Of a DNA stretch of 42,580 bases, positions 25,564 through 36,232 are shown in pieces. Both the position numbers and the translations under genes were made by a program. Under the pieces are notes generated by a model. The model was given only the letters and a program-made list of their open reading frames with translations. It did no database searches and was not told the origin of the DNA. The first letter of the stretch is position 1; each line of letters starts with the position of its first letter. The stretch lies in the IMG/VR virus record IMGVR_UViG_2917393062_000002, positions 1-42,580 of that record; one strand, given 5' to 3'. This DNA comes from a virus (Duplodnaviria; Heunggongvirae; Uroviricota; Caudoviricetes).

Positions 25564-27610
25564 TCCCCGCGCCAGCCTTGCGGGGGTGGATGCCGCTAAT
25601 GGTCAGTGCTGGTATGAAATCCGTGCACAGACTGCCGGGCGGGTGGAAATTTACCTCTATGACGTGATTGGCGGATGGGGCATCACCGCGCAGCAGTTTA
25701 TTTCTGACTGTAAAAATGCGGGAGTGTTTGAGGCCAGCGCCATTGATCTGCATATCCACAGCCCGGGCGGTGATGTGATGCAGGGCTTTGCCATCTTTAA
25801 CACGCTGTCACGCCTGAAAGCGAAGGTGGATATCTGGGTGGACGGTGTTGCTGCCAGCATGGCCTCCATGATTGTCTGCCTGCCCGGCGCCACCGTGCAT
25901 ATGCCTGAAAACGCCTGGCTGATGGTGCACAAGCCGTGGGGCGGGATCGCCGGTGATTCTGATGATATGCGTGATTATGCCGACTGGCTGGATCGCAATG
26001 AGGCGCTGATGCTGTCAGCCTACATGAATAAAACCGGACTCGGGCAGGATGAGCTGGAAGCCATGCTGAAAGCAGAAACCTGGCTGAACGGTGCTGAAGC
26101 CGTGGAAAAAGGCTTCGCTGATACGCTTGAACCTGAATTACAGGCTGCGGCCTGTGTGAACCAAAATAAACTGAAGGATTATCATAACATGCCAAAACAG
26201 CTTAACGCGCTTTTTGCTCCACGTGCAGAAACGACGAACGGACAGCCGCAGGAGACGAAAGCAACCCCGCAAAATGCGCAACAGATCGCTGCTCAGCAGA
26301 CACCATCAACCGGAAATGTGGATATCAGCGCAATTGCTTCGCAGGTTCAGCAACAACTGATGGCAGCCAATGCGGAACGTGTGCAGGCGGTAACCGCAGT
26401 TTTTGCCTCTTTCCCGTCTTATGCCGCACTGAAAGCGGAGTGTCTGAACGACATGACCTGTACGGAAGCACAGGCCCGTGAAAAACTGTTGCAGGCGCTG
26501 GCAGCCGGAACGACACCAAGTGCAGGCCCGGGCGCTGTTCATATTCATGCCGGGAACGGTAATCTGGTCGGCGATTCCATTCGTGCGGCTGTGATGGCAC
26601 GCGCCGGATATGCCGAAGCAGAAAAAGATAATGCTTATAACGGTTTTACTCTGCGCGAGCTGGCGCGTGCTTCGCTGGTTGATCGCGGTATCGGTATCTC
26701 CGGTCATTCCGCACCGATGGCGATGGTTGGGCTGGCATTTACTCACAGCAGCAGCGATTTCGGCAATATCCTGATGGATGTGGCTCATAAAGCTGCGTTG
26801 CAGGGATGGGATGATGCCAGCGAAAATTTTGACAAATGGACCCGCAAGGGAACGCTGACTGATTTTAAAACCGCGCATCGTGTCGGGCTGGAAACTTTCC
26901 CTACGCTGCGAAAAGTATTGCCGGGGGCTGAATATAAATATGTGACCCTGAAAGATCGTGGCGAACCGATTGCACTGGCGACTTATGGCGAATTGTTCAG
27001 CATTGATCGCCAGACCATCATCAATGATGACCTGGATATGCTGACCCGTATTCCGATGGCAATGGGGGCGGCAGCGCGTACTACCGTGGGTGATCTGGTC
27101 TGGGCCGTGCTGACCAGCAATCCGAAAATGTCGGATGGTAAACCGCTGTTCCATGCAGATCATGGCAACCTGGTGACTGCCGATTTGTCTATTGAGGGGC
27201 TGGATTCCGGGCGTAAAGCCATGCTGCTCCAGAAATCGGGTGACCGTCGCCTGAACATTCGTCCTGCTTTTATGTTGACGCCTGTTGCCATTGAGTCGCG
27301 TGCCAATCAGTTGATTAAGTCTGCCAGCGTGCCTGGTGCAGATGCGAACAGCGGCATTATTAACCCGATTCAGAATTTTGCCACGGTTCTGTCAGAGGCC
27401 CGTCTTGATGACAGCAGCCCGACGGATTATTACCTGGTGGCAGCGCAGGGGCGTGACACGATTGAAGTGGCTTACCTCGACGGTATTGATACGCCGTATC
27501 TGGAGCAGCAACAGGGCTTTACGGTTGATGGTGCAGCATTCAAGGTGCGCATTGATGCCGGAGTGGCACCGCTTGACTGGCGTGGCATGGTCAAAGTGAA
27601 AAAACAATAA
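25520..27610 (+). CDS. Helper prohead protease (ClpP-like)-scaffold-like linker-major capsid protein fusion
   Basis: ATG at 25520 after AAGGAG (track ORF begins 25370); ClpP-like N-terminal domain, about 130-aa Q/A-rich linker, HK97-fold-like C-terminal capsid domain. Confidence 0.8.
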   Translation: MQQMINPRLRGTMINPRASLAGVDAANGQCWYEIRAQTAGRVEIYLYDVIGGWGITAQQFISDCKNAGVFEASAIDLHIHSPGGDVMQGFAIFNTLSRLKAKVDIWVDGVAASMASMIVCLPGATVHMPENAWLMVHKPWGGIAGDSDDMRDYADWLDRNEALMLSAYMNKTGLGQDELEAMLKAETWLNGAEAVEKGFADTLEPELQAAACVNQNKLKDYHNMPKQLNALFAPRAETTNGQPQETKATPQNAQQIAAQQTPSTGNVDISAIASQVQQQLMAANAERVQAVTAVFASFPSYAALKAECLNDMTCTEAQAREKLLQALAAGTTPSAGPGAVHIHAGNGNLVGDSIRAAVMARAGYAEAEKDNAYNGFTLRELARASLVDRGIGISGHSAPMAMVGLAFTHSSSDFGNILMDVAHKAALQGWDDASENFDKWTRKGTLTDFKTAHRVGLETFPTLRKVLPGAEYKYVTLKDRGEPIALATYGELFSIDRQTIINDDLDMLTRIPMAMGAAARTTVGDLVWAVLTSNPKMSDGKPLFHADHGNLVTADLSIEGLDSGRKAMLLQKSGDRRLNIRPAFMLTPVAIESRANQLIKSASVPGADANSGIINPIQNFATVLSEARLDDSSPTDYYLVAAQGRDTIEVAYLDGIDTPYLEQQQGFTVDGAAFKVRIDAGVAPLDWRGMVKVKKQ

Positions 27611-27682
27611 ATAACCGCCGGACAGGGCGGTTTTTTTATGGCTGAAGCGGCGCACTTTGTGCCGCATTTACCGGAGAAAAAA

Positions 27683-28012
27683 ATGTCAAAAAATTTTGTT
27701 CAGGACGGAAAAAACGTCGACTGGCTGAATGGGACCGGAAAGGCGGTGTCATCTGGCGATCTGGTTGTTCAGGATAATCTTGTTGGTGTTGCTCACGCTG
27801 ATATTCCGGACGGGGATGTGGGTATTCTGCATACGACGGGAGTTTTCTCTTTGCCTAAAGAGGCAGAGGCGCTGACGCAAGGCAAGCTGGTGTATTTCAA
27901 AGCGGATACGGCAACACTGACTGCAACGAAATCAGGTAATACGCTGGTGGGAACAGTATGGGCATCGGCTGAAGCCGGAGATGCCTGTGTTTGTGTGCGT
28001 CTGGGGTACTGA
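27683..28012 (+). CDS. Putative head decoration / small head protein
   Basis: ATG after GGAG; 109 aa; directly downstream of capsid gene. Confidence 0.4.
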   Translation: MSKNFVQDGKNVDWLNGTGKAVSSGDLVVQDNLVGVAHADIPDGDVGILHTTGVFSLPKEAEALTQGKLVYFKADTATLTATKSGNTLVGTVWASAEAGDACVCVRLGY

Positions 28013-28368
28013 TGCATCGATTTTATAAACGGCTGATGCGGGCAGATGCCCGCATTTCCCGGCTTTTTTCCGAGGAGTGTCCGGCGATACTGTCTATTGG
28101 CAGTGAGCGTCGCCCTGTTATGGTGATTTTTGAATCTCCGGATGCGCCGGTTCGTGTTCCGGGGGGTGGAGAAATTAACGATCAGGCTCCGGCATTCAGC
28201 GCACTGACAGAGGATATTAAGGGACTCAGCACAAACTGCGCAGTGGAGCTGAACCACGAATTTTACCGCGTCACGCATATTGGTGCGGATGAAATGGGGC
28301 GCACACGCGTAACGCTCGGGCGTGGACGGGGGACGTCATTACCGACCATCGAATGGAGTAAAAAATAA
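28012..28368 (+). CDS. Head-tail attachment protein, lambda FII-like
   Basis: ATG overlapping upstream TGA; 118 aa; FII-like motifs (SIGSERRPVMVIFESPDAP, RVTLGRGRG). Confidence 0.5.
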   Translation: MHRFYKRLMRADARISRLFSEECPAILSIGSERRPVMVIFESPDAPVRVPGGGEINDQAPAFSALTEDIKGLSTNCAVELNHEFYRVTHIGADEMGRTRVTLGRGRGTSLPTIEWSKK

Positions 28369-28389
28369 ACTTCATAAGGAGATATCGCA

Positions 28390-29073
28390 ATGGCGCGGAC
28401 ATCACGCATCCGGCGAAATCTGTTGTTCGATATCGACGTAGATGAATTGCGGGATATTGCGGCGCAGGCTGGTGCAACGCAGCACCAGTTCCGTATGGCC
28501 TATTCCCGTGCGCTGAAGCGAACAGCATCAAAAATGCGCATGAAGGCGCTTGCGGAACTGAAAACCGGTCTGGCGCCCCGCAAAATGGACATGCTGCGCA
28601 GGCGCCTTTTTTCCACTCGCATTACCCGGGGTAATGCAATGGATGAAGCCCGCTTCTGGTTTGGTCTTAATGCGATCAAGATAAAGGATCTGCGCGGACG
28701 CATTCGTGGGCGACGTGTTCGTCATCATGATCTCCGTGACCCGGTAACCGGGCGGTTTATCAAAGAGAATCGTGTCCGACGGCGTCGCCGCAAAGCCAGC
28801 GATCCGGTTTTTGAACCCAACGGTTCGTTTTTATCTCCCACCGCATATGAAAACGGGCTGGTGATACGTAGTCGCAAAGAGAACCGACGAACAATCATCA
28901 TCAAAAATCCGGAAACCGGGCGTGTCCGGGAGGCTGAAGCCGGTATTTATGCCCGTACGATGGATTATGTTGAAGATGTGGCTTTTGCAGAGTGCCTGGA
29001 AATTTTTATGAAAGAGTTCGAATCAGACATCCGGCGACGTGCGAAGTATGGCATTACCGTGAACCCCCGATAA
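28390..29073 (+). CDS. Hypothetical Arg-rich virion protein (possible neck/tail completion)
   Basis: 227-aa ORF with AGGAG upstream, between head-tail joining and tail genes. Confidence 0.35.
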   Translation: MARTSRIRRNLLFDIDVDELRDIAAQAGATQHQFRMAYSRALKRTASKMRMKALAELKTGLAPRKMDMLRRRLFSTRITRGNAMDEARFWFGLNAIKIKDLRGRIRGRRVRHHDLRDPVTGRFIKENRVRRRRRKASDPVFEPNGSFLSPTAYENGLVIRSRKENRRTIIIKNPETGRVREAEAGIYARTMDYVEDVAFAECLEIFMKEFESDIRRRAKYGITVNPR

Positions 29074-29090
29074 AAAAACGTGAGGATGTA

Positions 29091-29660
29091 ATGGCTGAAC
29101 CCTTATGCATGGCATCCTGGCACACTGCTGTGCTGGATGCCCTGAAAAAACTTAAATGGATCAATGATGCGGACACCTATCCGGAACGGGTCACGCAACT
29201 GGTCACTCCGGCGGTATTTCTGGCGGTGGATGGCTGGGATGCGAAAAGCAATGCAGACGGGCAGATGACGGTGGTGTTGTCTGCCGCGCTGTGGGTGCTG
29301 GTTGACCGTGCCGGTGAGCCGGATAAAGAAAAAAAAGAAGAACGCAAGGCGATAAAGCCGGATATTTTTATCCGTTCGGCGGCCGCCGCGTTGTCGCACT
29401 GGCTCGACGGGCAGACGTTCGGACTGGCAAATGTGGAGCCTGCCATTTTTATTTCGGCGGACGCAGATGAAACCGATCCGCGCCTGGATGATTATCTGGT
29501 CTGGCAGATTTCATTTAACCAGACGGTGACGTTTGGTATGGATCCCTTTGCCACGGATAACCTGCCGCTACAGCGGGCCTGGCTGGGCGTGGCACCGGAG
29601 ATCGGGCGACAGCATGTGGATGATTATCGGCTGATTTTTGAGGGAAAGCCACGTGAATGA
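29091..29660 (+). CDS. Hypothetical virion protein (possible tail completion)
   Basis: ATG after GAGG; 189 aa; stop overlaps the gpV-like gene. Confidence 0.35.
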   Translation: MAEPLCMASWHTAVLDALKKLKWINDADTYPERVTQLVTPAVFLAVDGWDAKSNADGQMTVVLSAALWVLVDRAGEPDKEKKEERKAIKPDIFIRSAAAALSHWLDGQTFGLANVEPAIFISADADETDPRLDDYLVWQISFNQTVTFGMDPFATDNLPLQRAWLGVAPEIGRQHVDDYRLIFEGKPRE

Positions 29661-30273
29661 GGTTCTGGGGGATTTACAGCGCCGTCTGGCAAATATGGTC
29701 CGGCGCGGGGTGATCCACTCGGTGCGGCTGGACGGTGGTTTTCCGGAATGCCGCGTGGATCTGGGGGATATTGTGACCACCTGGCTGCCATTATGTCAGG
29801 GGTTTGCCGGAAAAAACCGGGCAGATTTTGAGCCGTTTGCTGTGGGTGATGCGGTTACGGTGCTGTCAGAGGCCGGGGAGCTGAATAACGGTCGTGTTTT
29901 TCCCGGCTGGAATACCGGTGCGGCACCGGCTCCGCAGGGCAGTGACAGTGAGCACATCACCCGTTACGGAGATGGCACGGAAATTTGCTATAACCGGGAG
30001 ACGCACTCACTGACCATTATTCTGGCGGAAGGGGGCACCTATGCCATTACCGGGAATGGTGTGCTGGACGGAAACGTCATGATCTCAGAAGACCTGATCG
30101 TGAACGGACGCACGATGGTTGAAGGTGAAGTGGTGGTGAAAAGTGATTTTTATGCAAAAGGAGAGGTGACGGATAAATCCGGCAGCATGAGCCGGATCCG
30201 GGAAACGTTTAATGGACACGACCATCCCGGAGACAGTGGGGGAACCACGAAAGTACCGAATCAGAAAATGTGA
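29653..30273 (+). CDS. Baseplate assembly protein V (P2 gpV-like spike)
   Basis: GTG at 29653 (track start 29638); gpV-like N-terminus (LRNMIRTGII pattern) and C-terminal HPGDSGGTT motif. Confidence 0.65.
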   Translation: MNEVLGDLQRRLANMVRRGVIHSVRLDGGFPECRVDLGDIVTTWLPLCQGFAGKNRADFEPFAVGDAVTVLSEAGELNNGRVFPGWNTGAAPAPQGSDSEHITRYGDGTEICYNRETHSLTIILAEGGTYAITGNGVLDGNVMISEDLIVNGRTMVEGEVVVKSDFYAKGEVTDKSGSMSRIRETFNGHDHPGDSGGTTKVPNQKM

Positions 30274-30311
30274 CCTGCTGCGGCAGGTTTTTTTATGTCC
30301 GGAGAATGCAA

Positions 30312-31772
30312 ATGGGGCAATTACATGGTGTGGAAACCATCGAGCTGACAGCAGGCACGGTGGCGGTAACCACAATAGAGACAGCCATTATTGGTGTGGT
30401 GGGAACCGCGCCGCAGGCTGCCGGAGCTGTGGCAGCGACACTGACAGCGGGAACGCCGCTGCTGGATAACGAGCTGACCTTTACGGCAAAAGCGGGGGGA
30501 CGGAGCGGAAATACCATTACCGTTATTGCTGAACAGGCTGTCAAAGAAAAAAGTGCGGGTGCGGTCCCCACGTCAGCAAAATGGGAAAACGGAAGCCTGT
30601 TGATTACGCTGGGTTGCAGTGAAAAGGGGGCAGGTAATGCCACCGTCAGTGATGTTGTGACGGCTGTGAATGGGGTGGCGGGAGCCGGGGTGAGTGCCAC
30701 CGGAAGCGGTGACGGTGTTGTGTCGCCGTTTTCCGGAACACTGAGTGGCGGTGAAGATGAACCGTTTCCGCTGAACACGCCAGTGGCGATGGCGGGAACG
30801 ACGGCGCTTTCACGTCTGGGGGGCAGCGGAACACTGAAGCAGGCGCTGACGGAGGTTAACGACCAGCGTAACGCGCTGTCGGTGATCGTCCGGGTGGAAG
30901 AAAAAACGAAGCCGGAAGAGCAGCGTGCTGCCATTCTTGCGGGGATCAGCGTGCTGTCATCGGCAAAATCCGTCACCACGTATCAGCCACGTATTGTGAT
31001 CGCACCAGGATTCAGTGAAGACGATGCGGTGGGTAAGGCACTGGAAACTGTGGCCGGAAAACTGCGGGCAGTGGCGTACGTGGATTGTGCTGCGGGCGCG
31101 ACATTGCAGGAAGTGGTGCAGCGTCGCCAGTCTTACGGTGCCCGGACTGAATTACTGCGCCCGCGTGTGCAGGTCAGTAATGCAGAGGGGCAGCTGGTGT
31201 ATCGCCCGTATTCGGCGTTTGCAGCCGGACTGCGTGCCCGTATTGACTATGAAAAAGGGTGGTGGTGGAGCAAATCAAACCAGGAGGTTTACAACCTCCT
31301 CGGTGTTGAGCAGGTGGATGAATTTATCCTCGGTGAGCGTAACTGCGATGCCAACTTGCTTAATATGCAGAATGTCTCCACCCTGATTCGCCGCGCCGGA
31401 TTTAAACACTGGGGAAACCGGCTGTGCTCGTCCCATCCCCAGTGGCATTTCGAGTCTGTCCGCCGTACTGCGGATGTGATTGAAGACAGTATTCAGGAGG
31501 CGATGCTGGCGTATGTTGACCGCCCGCTCGATCGTCAGAATGCGGACGACATCATCGGCACCATTAATGCGTATATGCGCCGTCTGGTGGCCGAAGGTGC
31601 CATCTTCGGGGGGCGGGCATGGTTGGATCCGGAACTGAATACCGCCGAAACGCTGGCAGCCGGTGAACTGTACATCAACTATGACTTCGGTCCCAAATCG
31701 CCGACGGAACTTATCAGCATGCGGGTGAGCGTCAACAACGAATACGGCATTAAGGAGATGACGGCAACATGA
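30312..31772 (+). CDS. Contractile tail sheath protein
   Basis: ATG 7 nt after GGAGAA; 486 aa with sheath-like C-terminal domain; followed by tube gene. Confidence 0.75.
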   Translation: MGQLHGVETIELTAGTVAVTTIETAIIGVVGTAPQAAGAVAATLTAGTPLLDNELTFTAKAGGRSGNTITVIAEQAVKEKSAGAVPTSAKWENGSLLITLGCSEKGAGNATVSDVVTAVNGVAGAGVSATGSGDGVVSPFSGTLSGGEDEPFPLNTPVAMAGTTALSRLGGSGTLKQALTEVNDQRNALSVIVRVEEKTKPEEQRAAILAGISVLSSAKSVTTYQPRIVIAPGFSEDDAVGKALETVAGKLRAVAYVDCAAGATLQEVVQRRQSYGARTELLRPRVQVSNAEGQLVYRPYSAFAAGLRARIDYEKGWWWSKSNQEVYNLLGVEQVDEFILGERNCDANLLNMQNVSTLIRRAGFKHWGNRLCSSHPQWHFESVRRTADVIEDSIQEAMLAYVDRPLDRQNADDIIGTINAYMRRLVAEGAIFGGRAWLDPELNTAETLAAGELYINYDFGPKSPTELISMRVSVNNEYGIKEMTAT

Positions 31773-32275
31773 GCAGTAAAAACACATTACGCGCCTGGAC
31801 TTTTTTCCGCCAGGGGATCCGTATTCAGGGAGCGCATGAGTTCACGCCACCCACGCTGTCCATAACCACCACTGATTTACGCACCGGGGCACAGGATGCC
31901 CCCACGCCGGTTGACGACGGCATGGAGGCGCTGACCTGCCAGATTAAATTCTATGGTCTGGATACAGACATGCTGTCCAGTCTCGGATTTGTCAGTGGCA
32001 ACCGCTCCCGCTTCACGGCCTATCAGGGCTATCTGGCGAACGGCACCGCGCTGGGGACCACCGAAGAAATCGAAGGTTTTGTGAAAACGGTGACGCCGGA
32101 TGCGCGCGGAAACAGCGGGCTGTCAGAAAATGCGATGACAGTGGAAATCGCGGTGAATTATTACCGTCAGACGCTGGAGGGGAACGAACTCATTATGATT
32201 GATACTGAGCGTTTTGAACGCCGGATCAACGGTGTGAATGTACTTGCCGGTCTGTCGGCAAAAGTGCGTCTCTGA
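31769..32275 (+). CDS. Tail tube protein
   Basis: 168 aa; start overlaps sheath stop (ATGA). Confidence 0.65.
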   Translation: MSSKNTLRAWTFFRQGIRIQGAHEFTPPTLSITTTDLRTGAQDAPTPVDDGMEALTCQIKFYGLDTDMLSSLGFVSGNRSRFTAYQGYLANGTALGTTEEIEGFVKTVTPDARGNSGLSENAMTVEIAVNYYRQTLEGNELIMIDTERFERRINGVNVLAGLSAKVRL

Positions 32276-32319
32276 TTAACACATAACGGCCTGCGGGCCG
32301 TTTTTTTAAGGAGCAGATT

Positions 32320-32619
32320 ATGAATATTCCGGGTGAAACCCGCACCATCACACTGTACACACCTGTCACTCTGGGGGGCGGGGCTGTGCTGGAACACATC
32401 ACCATGCGCGAACCGCTGGTGCGCGATCGCATTGCCTTCACCAAAGACCGGGGAACAGAGGAGGAAAAAGAGGCGCGTATGATTGCGCAGCTTTGTAATC
32501 TGAGTGAGCAGGATATCTGGCTGCTGACCGCAGCGGATTATGCCCAGCTGACGGATGCCTTTAATGTTTTTATGCTGCCACCCGGGAAGCGACCGAAACC
32601 GAAATCTTCAGAGGGTTAA
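32320..32619 (+). CDS. Tail assembly chaperone (P2 gpE-like)
   Basis: 99-aa ORF between tube and tape measure genes; AGGAG upstream. Confidence 0.5.
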   Translation: MNIPGETRTITLYTPVTLGGGAVLEHITMREPLVRDRIAFTKDRGTEEEKEARMIAQLCNLSEQDIWLLTAADYAQLTDAFNVFMLPPGKRPKPKSSEG

Positions 32620-32721
32620 GGTTTCTCGGGCGGCGGCTGCATTTTCCTCTTTCCGATTATCTGTCCATGCCGTTCAGTGTGTTTACGGCATTTTTACTGG
32701 ATGAAGTGGAGGCAGTAAAAC

Positions 32722-34380
32722 GTGGGAAGCGTAAGCCAGAATCTTAAGGCCACCGTGTCGTTCGGGGGCAAACTGGACAGTTCGTGGCGCCGTTCGGCGA
32801 CGGATCTGCGAAAAAATCTGCAGGATGTGGAGCAGCAGGCTGCGCGTTTACGTAAGGAGCAGGCAGAGCTGGCAGCAGAAATGAAGCGGGCGGCGCTGGC
32901 AGGGAAGCGTTTTAAGTCGATGGAGGATGAATACGCCCGGCTCACTGCTGAAATTAAGAAAGCGGATGCGGCCCAGAAAAAACTGAACCGAAGCCTTGAG
33001 CGTCGCGATCGGCTCGGACGTTTTATGGGGAAGGGAAAAAGTCTGCTTGCCGGAACCGGCAAATTTGCCTGGAATGCCGGTCTGGCGATGGGGGGCGGTG
33101 CCGTGACCACGGCACTTGGTGCGCTGATTGCTCCGGCTGCCATGAATGCGCAGACGGCTGAAACAGCGGGTAAAGCGACTGCGTATGGCGTGGATACCCG
33201 CACGTACATGAACTGGGACGCCCTGGCAAAACAGTACGATATGACCGGCGATAATATCGGGGATTTATTTGAGGAATACCTGCATAAGGCCGGGGAATAT
33301 AAACAAAATGGCAAGCAGAGTTCGCTTTCTGACGCCTTTGAAACGCTGGGATTTAAGGAGGGCGATCTTGCCGGACTGAGTGATAAGGCGCAGTTCGAAA
33401 AAATTATCGACAGGGCGCTGTCTCTGGAAGATGAATCAAAGGCATCTTTTGCGCTGGATGCATTGTTTGGTGGTGAAGCCAGTAAACTGCTGATGCTGAT
33501 CAAACGTTCAGGAAAAAGCTTTCAGGAACTGCTGGCTGAGCAGGATAAATATAACCTGGTGACAAAAGAGGGTGTGGCTGGTGCACTTGCCGGAAACAAG
33601 GCTGTTTCTGATTTGCAGCAGGTTTTTTCTTCTGCGGTTGCAGAAATTTCCGGACAACTGGGCGCAGAGCTGGCCCCCGCTATACAACAGACAGCGGGTG
33701 ACCTGGCAGAGTGGTTTAAAGGCGGGGGCATTAAAAAAGTTGTGTCTTTTCTGAGGGACACGCTGTATCCGGCGGCCCTGAAGTTCGGCGAAGGCGTCAT
33801 TTTTGTCGGAAAAATTATTTTTGCAGTAGCCAAAAAACTCGCCTGGTTATTACCGGATGAACAGGGCGATCAGAAGCAGATTCTGGAGTATATCGGGCGT
33901 GGTGACATGACCGCTGCCCGGACAGTGGCCCGGAACAGCGGGCAGGATGCCTGGCTTGATGAGCAACTGAAAAATAATCCGGATTTTGAAAAGAGTGTCC
34001 GTGAAAAATATAACGCCGCGAAGGGCTTTATGGGCATTGTGGATACGGATGCGTTTCATGAATCGGTGAACAGTTACCTCACGCCGGAAAAAACGTTCGA
34101 TTTTTCGTTGCCGGCAGCGCAGGCAGGATCTGCCGGAAAACAGGATGATCCTTTTGCCAGTGCGGGGGCATGGCAGGCTGCCGTGCAGGCCATTCCTGTT
34201 GAGAGCGGACAGTCCGGCGCACAGCTGAATGACAACAGTGTGAAGAATTATAACTTCAACATTGTTGCGCAGCCCGGACAGAGCGAACAGGGTATTGCGG
34301 ACGCCATTGCCGGAATGACGAAAAACAACCCGGCCTTCAGTGGTAATAATGCGTTGTGGGATGGAGGAAGTGTCTGGTGA
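32722..34380 (+). CDS. Tail tape measure protein
   Basis: GTG after GGAGG; 552 aa with coiled-coil N-terminus and Gly/Ala-rich hydrophobic segments. Confidence 0.75.
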   Translation: MGSVSQNLKATVSFGGKLDSSWRRSATDLRKNLQDVEQQAARLRKEQAELAAEMKRAALAGKRFKSMEDEYARLTAEIKKADAAQKKLNRSLERRDRLGRFMGKGKSLLAGTGKFAWNAGLAMGGGAVTTALGALIAPAAMNAQTAETAGKATAYGVDTRTYMNWDALAKQYDMTGDNIGDLFEEYLHKAGEYKQNGKQSSLSDAFETLGFKEGDLAGLSDKAQFEKIIDRALSLEDESKASFALDALFGGEASKLLMLIKRSGKSFQELLAEQDKYNLVTKEGVAGALAGNKAVSDLQQVFSSAVAEISGQLGAELAPAIQQTAGDLAEWFKGGGIKKVVSFLRDTLYPAALKFGEGVIFVGKIIFAVAKKLAWLLPDEQGDQKQILEYIGRGDMTAARTVARNSGQDAWLDEQLKNNPDFEKSVREKYNAAKGFMGIVDTDAFHESVNSYLTPEKTFDFSLPAAQAGSAGKQDDPFASAGAWQAAVQAIPVESGQSGAQLNDNSVKNYNFNIVAQPGQSEQGIADAIAGMTKNNPAFSGNNALWDGGSVW

Positions 34381-34856
34381 GTGTGGGGTCGGTTATTGCT
34401 CTCGCTGAAGACAGCCTTCAGCGTGACAACAGTTATCTCCGTGGTGCTGCAGATGCCAGAGTCATGCTGATGCTGGGGGATTTCGCCTTTTCCGTGGATA
34501 CCACGGCATATAACCAGCTGACCCGTGAGGCCGGGTGGACCTGGAGCGAGCAGTCGCGTATCGGGCAGCAGAGTCTGCTGCAGTACACCGGGAAAAACGG
34601 GCGAACCGTCCGCCTTGAAGGGGAATCGCACGCCTTTTTGGGGAAGTCGGGGACGGAGGCGGTGAACACGTTGTATGACCTGGCGAATAAGGCTGAGCCG
34701 CAACTGCTGGTCAGCGGAGAAGGTGATGTGCTGGGATGGTGGGTGGTGGAGCGTTTTTCTGATTCCACCGACCGCTTTTTACCTGGTGGCGGGCACCGTA
34801 ACAAAAAGTGGAGTCTGGAGCTGAAACATTATGCCGACGACCTGGATAACCCGTGA
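34377..34856 (+). CDS. Tail protein U (P2 gpU-like)
   Basis: GTG overlapping tape-measure stop, after GGAGGAAG; gpU-like motifs (MLMLGDFAF, GWWVVERF). Confidence 0.6.
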   Translation: MSVGSVIALAEDSLQRDNSYLRGAADARVMLMLGDFAFSVDTTAYNQLTREAGWTWSEQSRIGQQSLLQYTGKNGRTVRLEGESHAFLGKSGTEAVNTLYDLANKAEPQLLVSGEGDVLGWWVVERFSDSTDRFLPGGGHRNKKWSLELKHYADDLDNP

Positions 34857-35046
34857 CGGGGATGTGCTTGATGCGGTTTGCGCCACGCATTACGGCACGG
34901 AAAATCTGTCTGCCGTGCTCACTCTTGTGCTGGAGGCCAATCAGGGGCTGGCAGAGAAGGGCGCGGTTTATCCGGCGGGGATCCGCATTGTGTTGCCTGA
35001 AATCACACAACAGGTGTCTGAGTCGCCATACAGCCTGTGGGATTAG
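34831..35046 (+). CDS. Tail protein X (P2 gpX-like)
   Basis: 71 aa; gpX-like pattern (GDVLDAVCATHYG...LEANQGLAEKGAVYPAG). Confidence 0.6.
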   Translation: MPTTWITRDGDVLDAVCATHYGTENLSAVLTLVLEANQGLAEKGAVYPAGIRIVLPEITQQVSESPYSLWD

Positions 35047-35054
35047 GGGAGAAG

Positions 35055-36230
35055 ATGATAACGTCATTATCAGAACAGCTGCAGGCGATAAATGCTGCGT
35101 ATCAGGCGTCCCTGAACAGTGAGAAGAAACAGGAAACCATTGCCACGACCGTCCGGGAATTCTGCCCGGCGTATCGGGTGACAGCTGAAGGGCGGGATAT
35201 CACGCGGGTGCTGGCCCGTTATCTTGTGGATATCACCCTGACGGATTACGGCGGAGCCACCGCCAAATCTGATGAACTGAAAATCACTTTGCTTTCTGAA
35301 ACACTGCCCCTGCCGACAAAGGGGGCGCGTCTGCGGGTGGCGATGGGGTTTAACGGTAATCTGGTGGATAAGGGCTGGTTTGTGGTGTGCGGCGTGAGCA
35401 GCAGCGGCCCGCCGCGGCGGATCGAGATTTATGCTACCGCTGCCCCCATGAATGCGGAAAAGCAGTCCGGTGATGTGCTGAATCAGAAAACACGCAGCTG
35501 GGATAATCTCACGCTGGGTGATCTGGTGAAAACTGTTGCCACGGAAAACGGACTGAAGGCCCGGGTGGCGGAGAAGCTGGCGGGGATCCGCATTACCCAT
35601 GTGGATCAGGTGGCAGAATCGGATGCCAGCCTGTTGTCCCGCCTTGCCCGGACGTATAACGCCGTCAGTAAACCTGCCGGAGGTTACTGGTTGTTTCTGG
35701 AGCAGGGAGCCGGAACCACCGTATCGGGCGCGCCCCTGAAGACCGTGACGCTGACGCCTTCCGTGGTGTCATCCTGGAATTATCAGGAAGGTGAACGGGG
35801 GAGCTCTACCGGAGAAAAGAAGAAAGAAAAAATCACGGTTCGTTATTTTGACAAGGCTGACGGGCGAACCAAAACGGCAACCGTGGAGCATGACGGCTCG
35901 TCGGTGACCAGCCCGTACACGCAGCCGGAAAAGGAAACGGCTGAACAACAGGCAAAATCAAAAAAAACGCAGGCGCAACGCAACAGCCGGAAAATGACGC
36001 TGACGGGGCCGTGCCGTCCTTCATATGTTGCCATGACCGCCGAATCCGGCGTGGTGACATCCGGATTTGGTAAGCGGGAAGATCGCCGCTGGCTCGTGGA
36101 GTCACTGGCGTTTTCCCTCTCTTCTTCAGGCTTTACCTTCACGTTTAATCTGGTGGCTGAAATCAAAAGCAAAAAATCCGGTGATAAAACAGGGCCGGAT
36201 TATTTTGGTACCGGATCGGGAAAAAAATAA
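35055..36230 (+). CDS. Late control/tail protein D (P2 gpD-like)
   Basis: ATG after GGGGAGAAG; about 391 aa; position after U and X. Confidence 0.65.
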   Translation: MITSLSEQLQAINAAYQASLNSEKKQETIATTVREFCPAYRVTAEGRDITRVLARYLVDITLTDYGGATAKSDELKITLLSETLPLPTKGARLRVAMGFNGNLVDKGWFVVCGVSSSGPPRRIEIYATAAPMNAEKQSGDVLNQKTRSWDNLTLGDLVKTVATENGLKARVAEKLAGIRITHVDQVAESDASLLSRLARTYNAVSKPAGGYWLFLEQGAGTTVSGAPLKTVTLTPSVVSSWNYQEGERGSSTGEKKKEKITVRYFDKADGRTKTATVEHDGSSVTSPYTQPEKETAEQQAKSKKTQAQRNSRKMTLTGPCRPSYVAMTAESGVVTSGFGKREDRRWLVESLAFSLSSSGFTFTFNLVAEIKSKKSGDKTGPDYFGTGSGKK

Positions 36231-36232
36231 TC

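Noticed and set aside
32694-33503. Long minus-strand ORFs antisense to structural genes (for example 32694..33503, 36513..37499, 26306..27163, 17447..18157, 30293..30979, 1225..1788)
   Set aside because: They lie entirely inside well-supported plus-strand genes and have low-complexity Ser/Arg/Cys/Pro-rich composition typical of shadow frames in GC-rich coding DNA.
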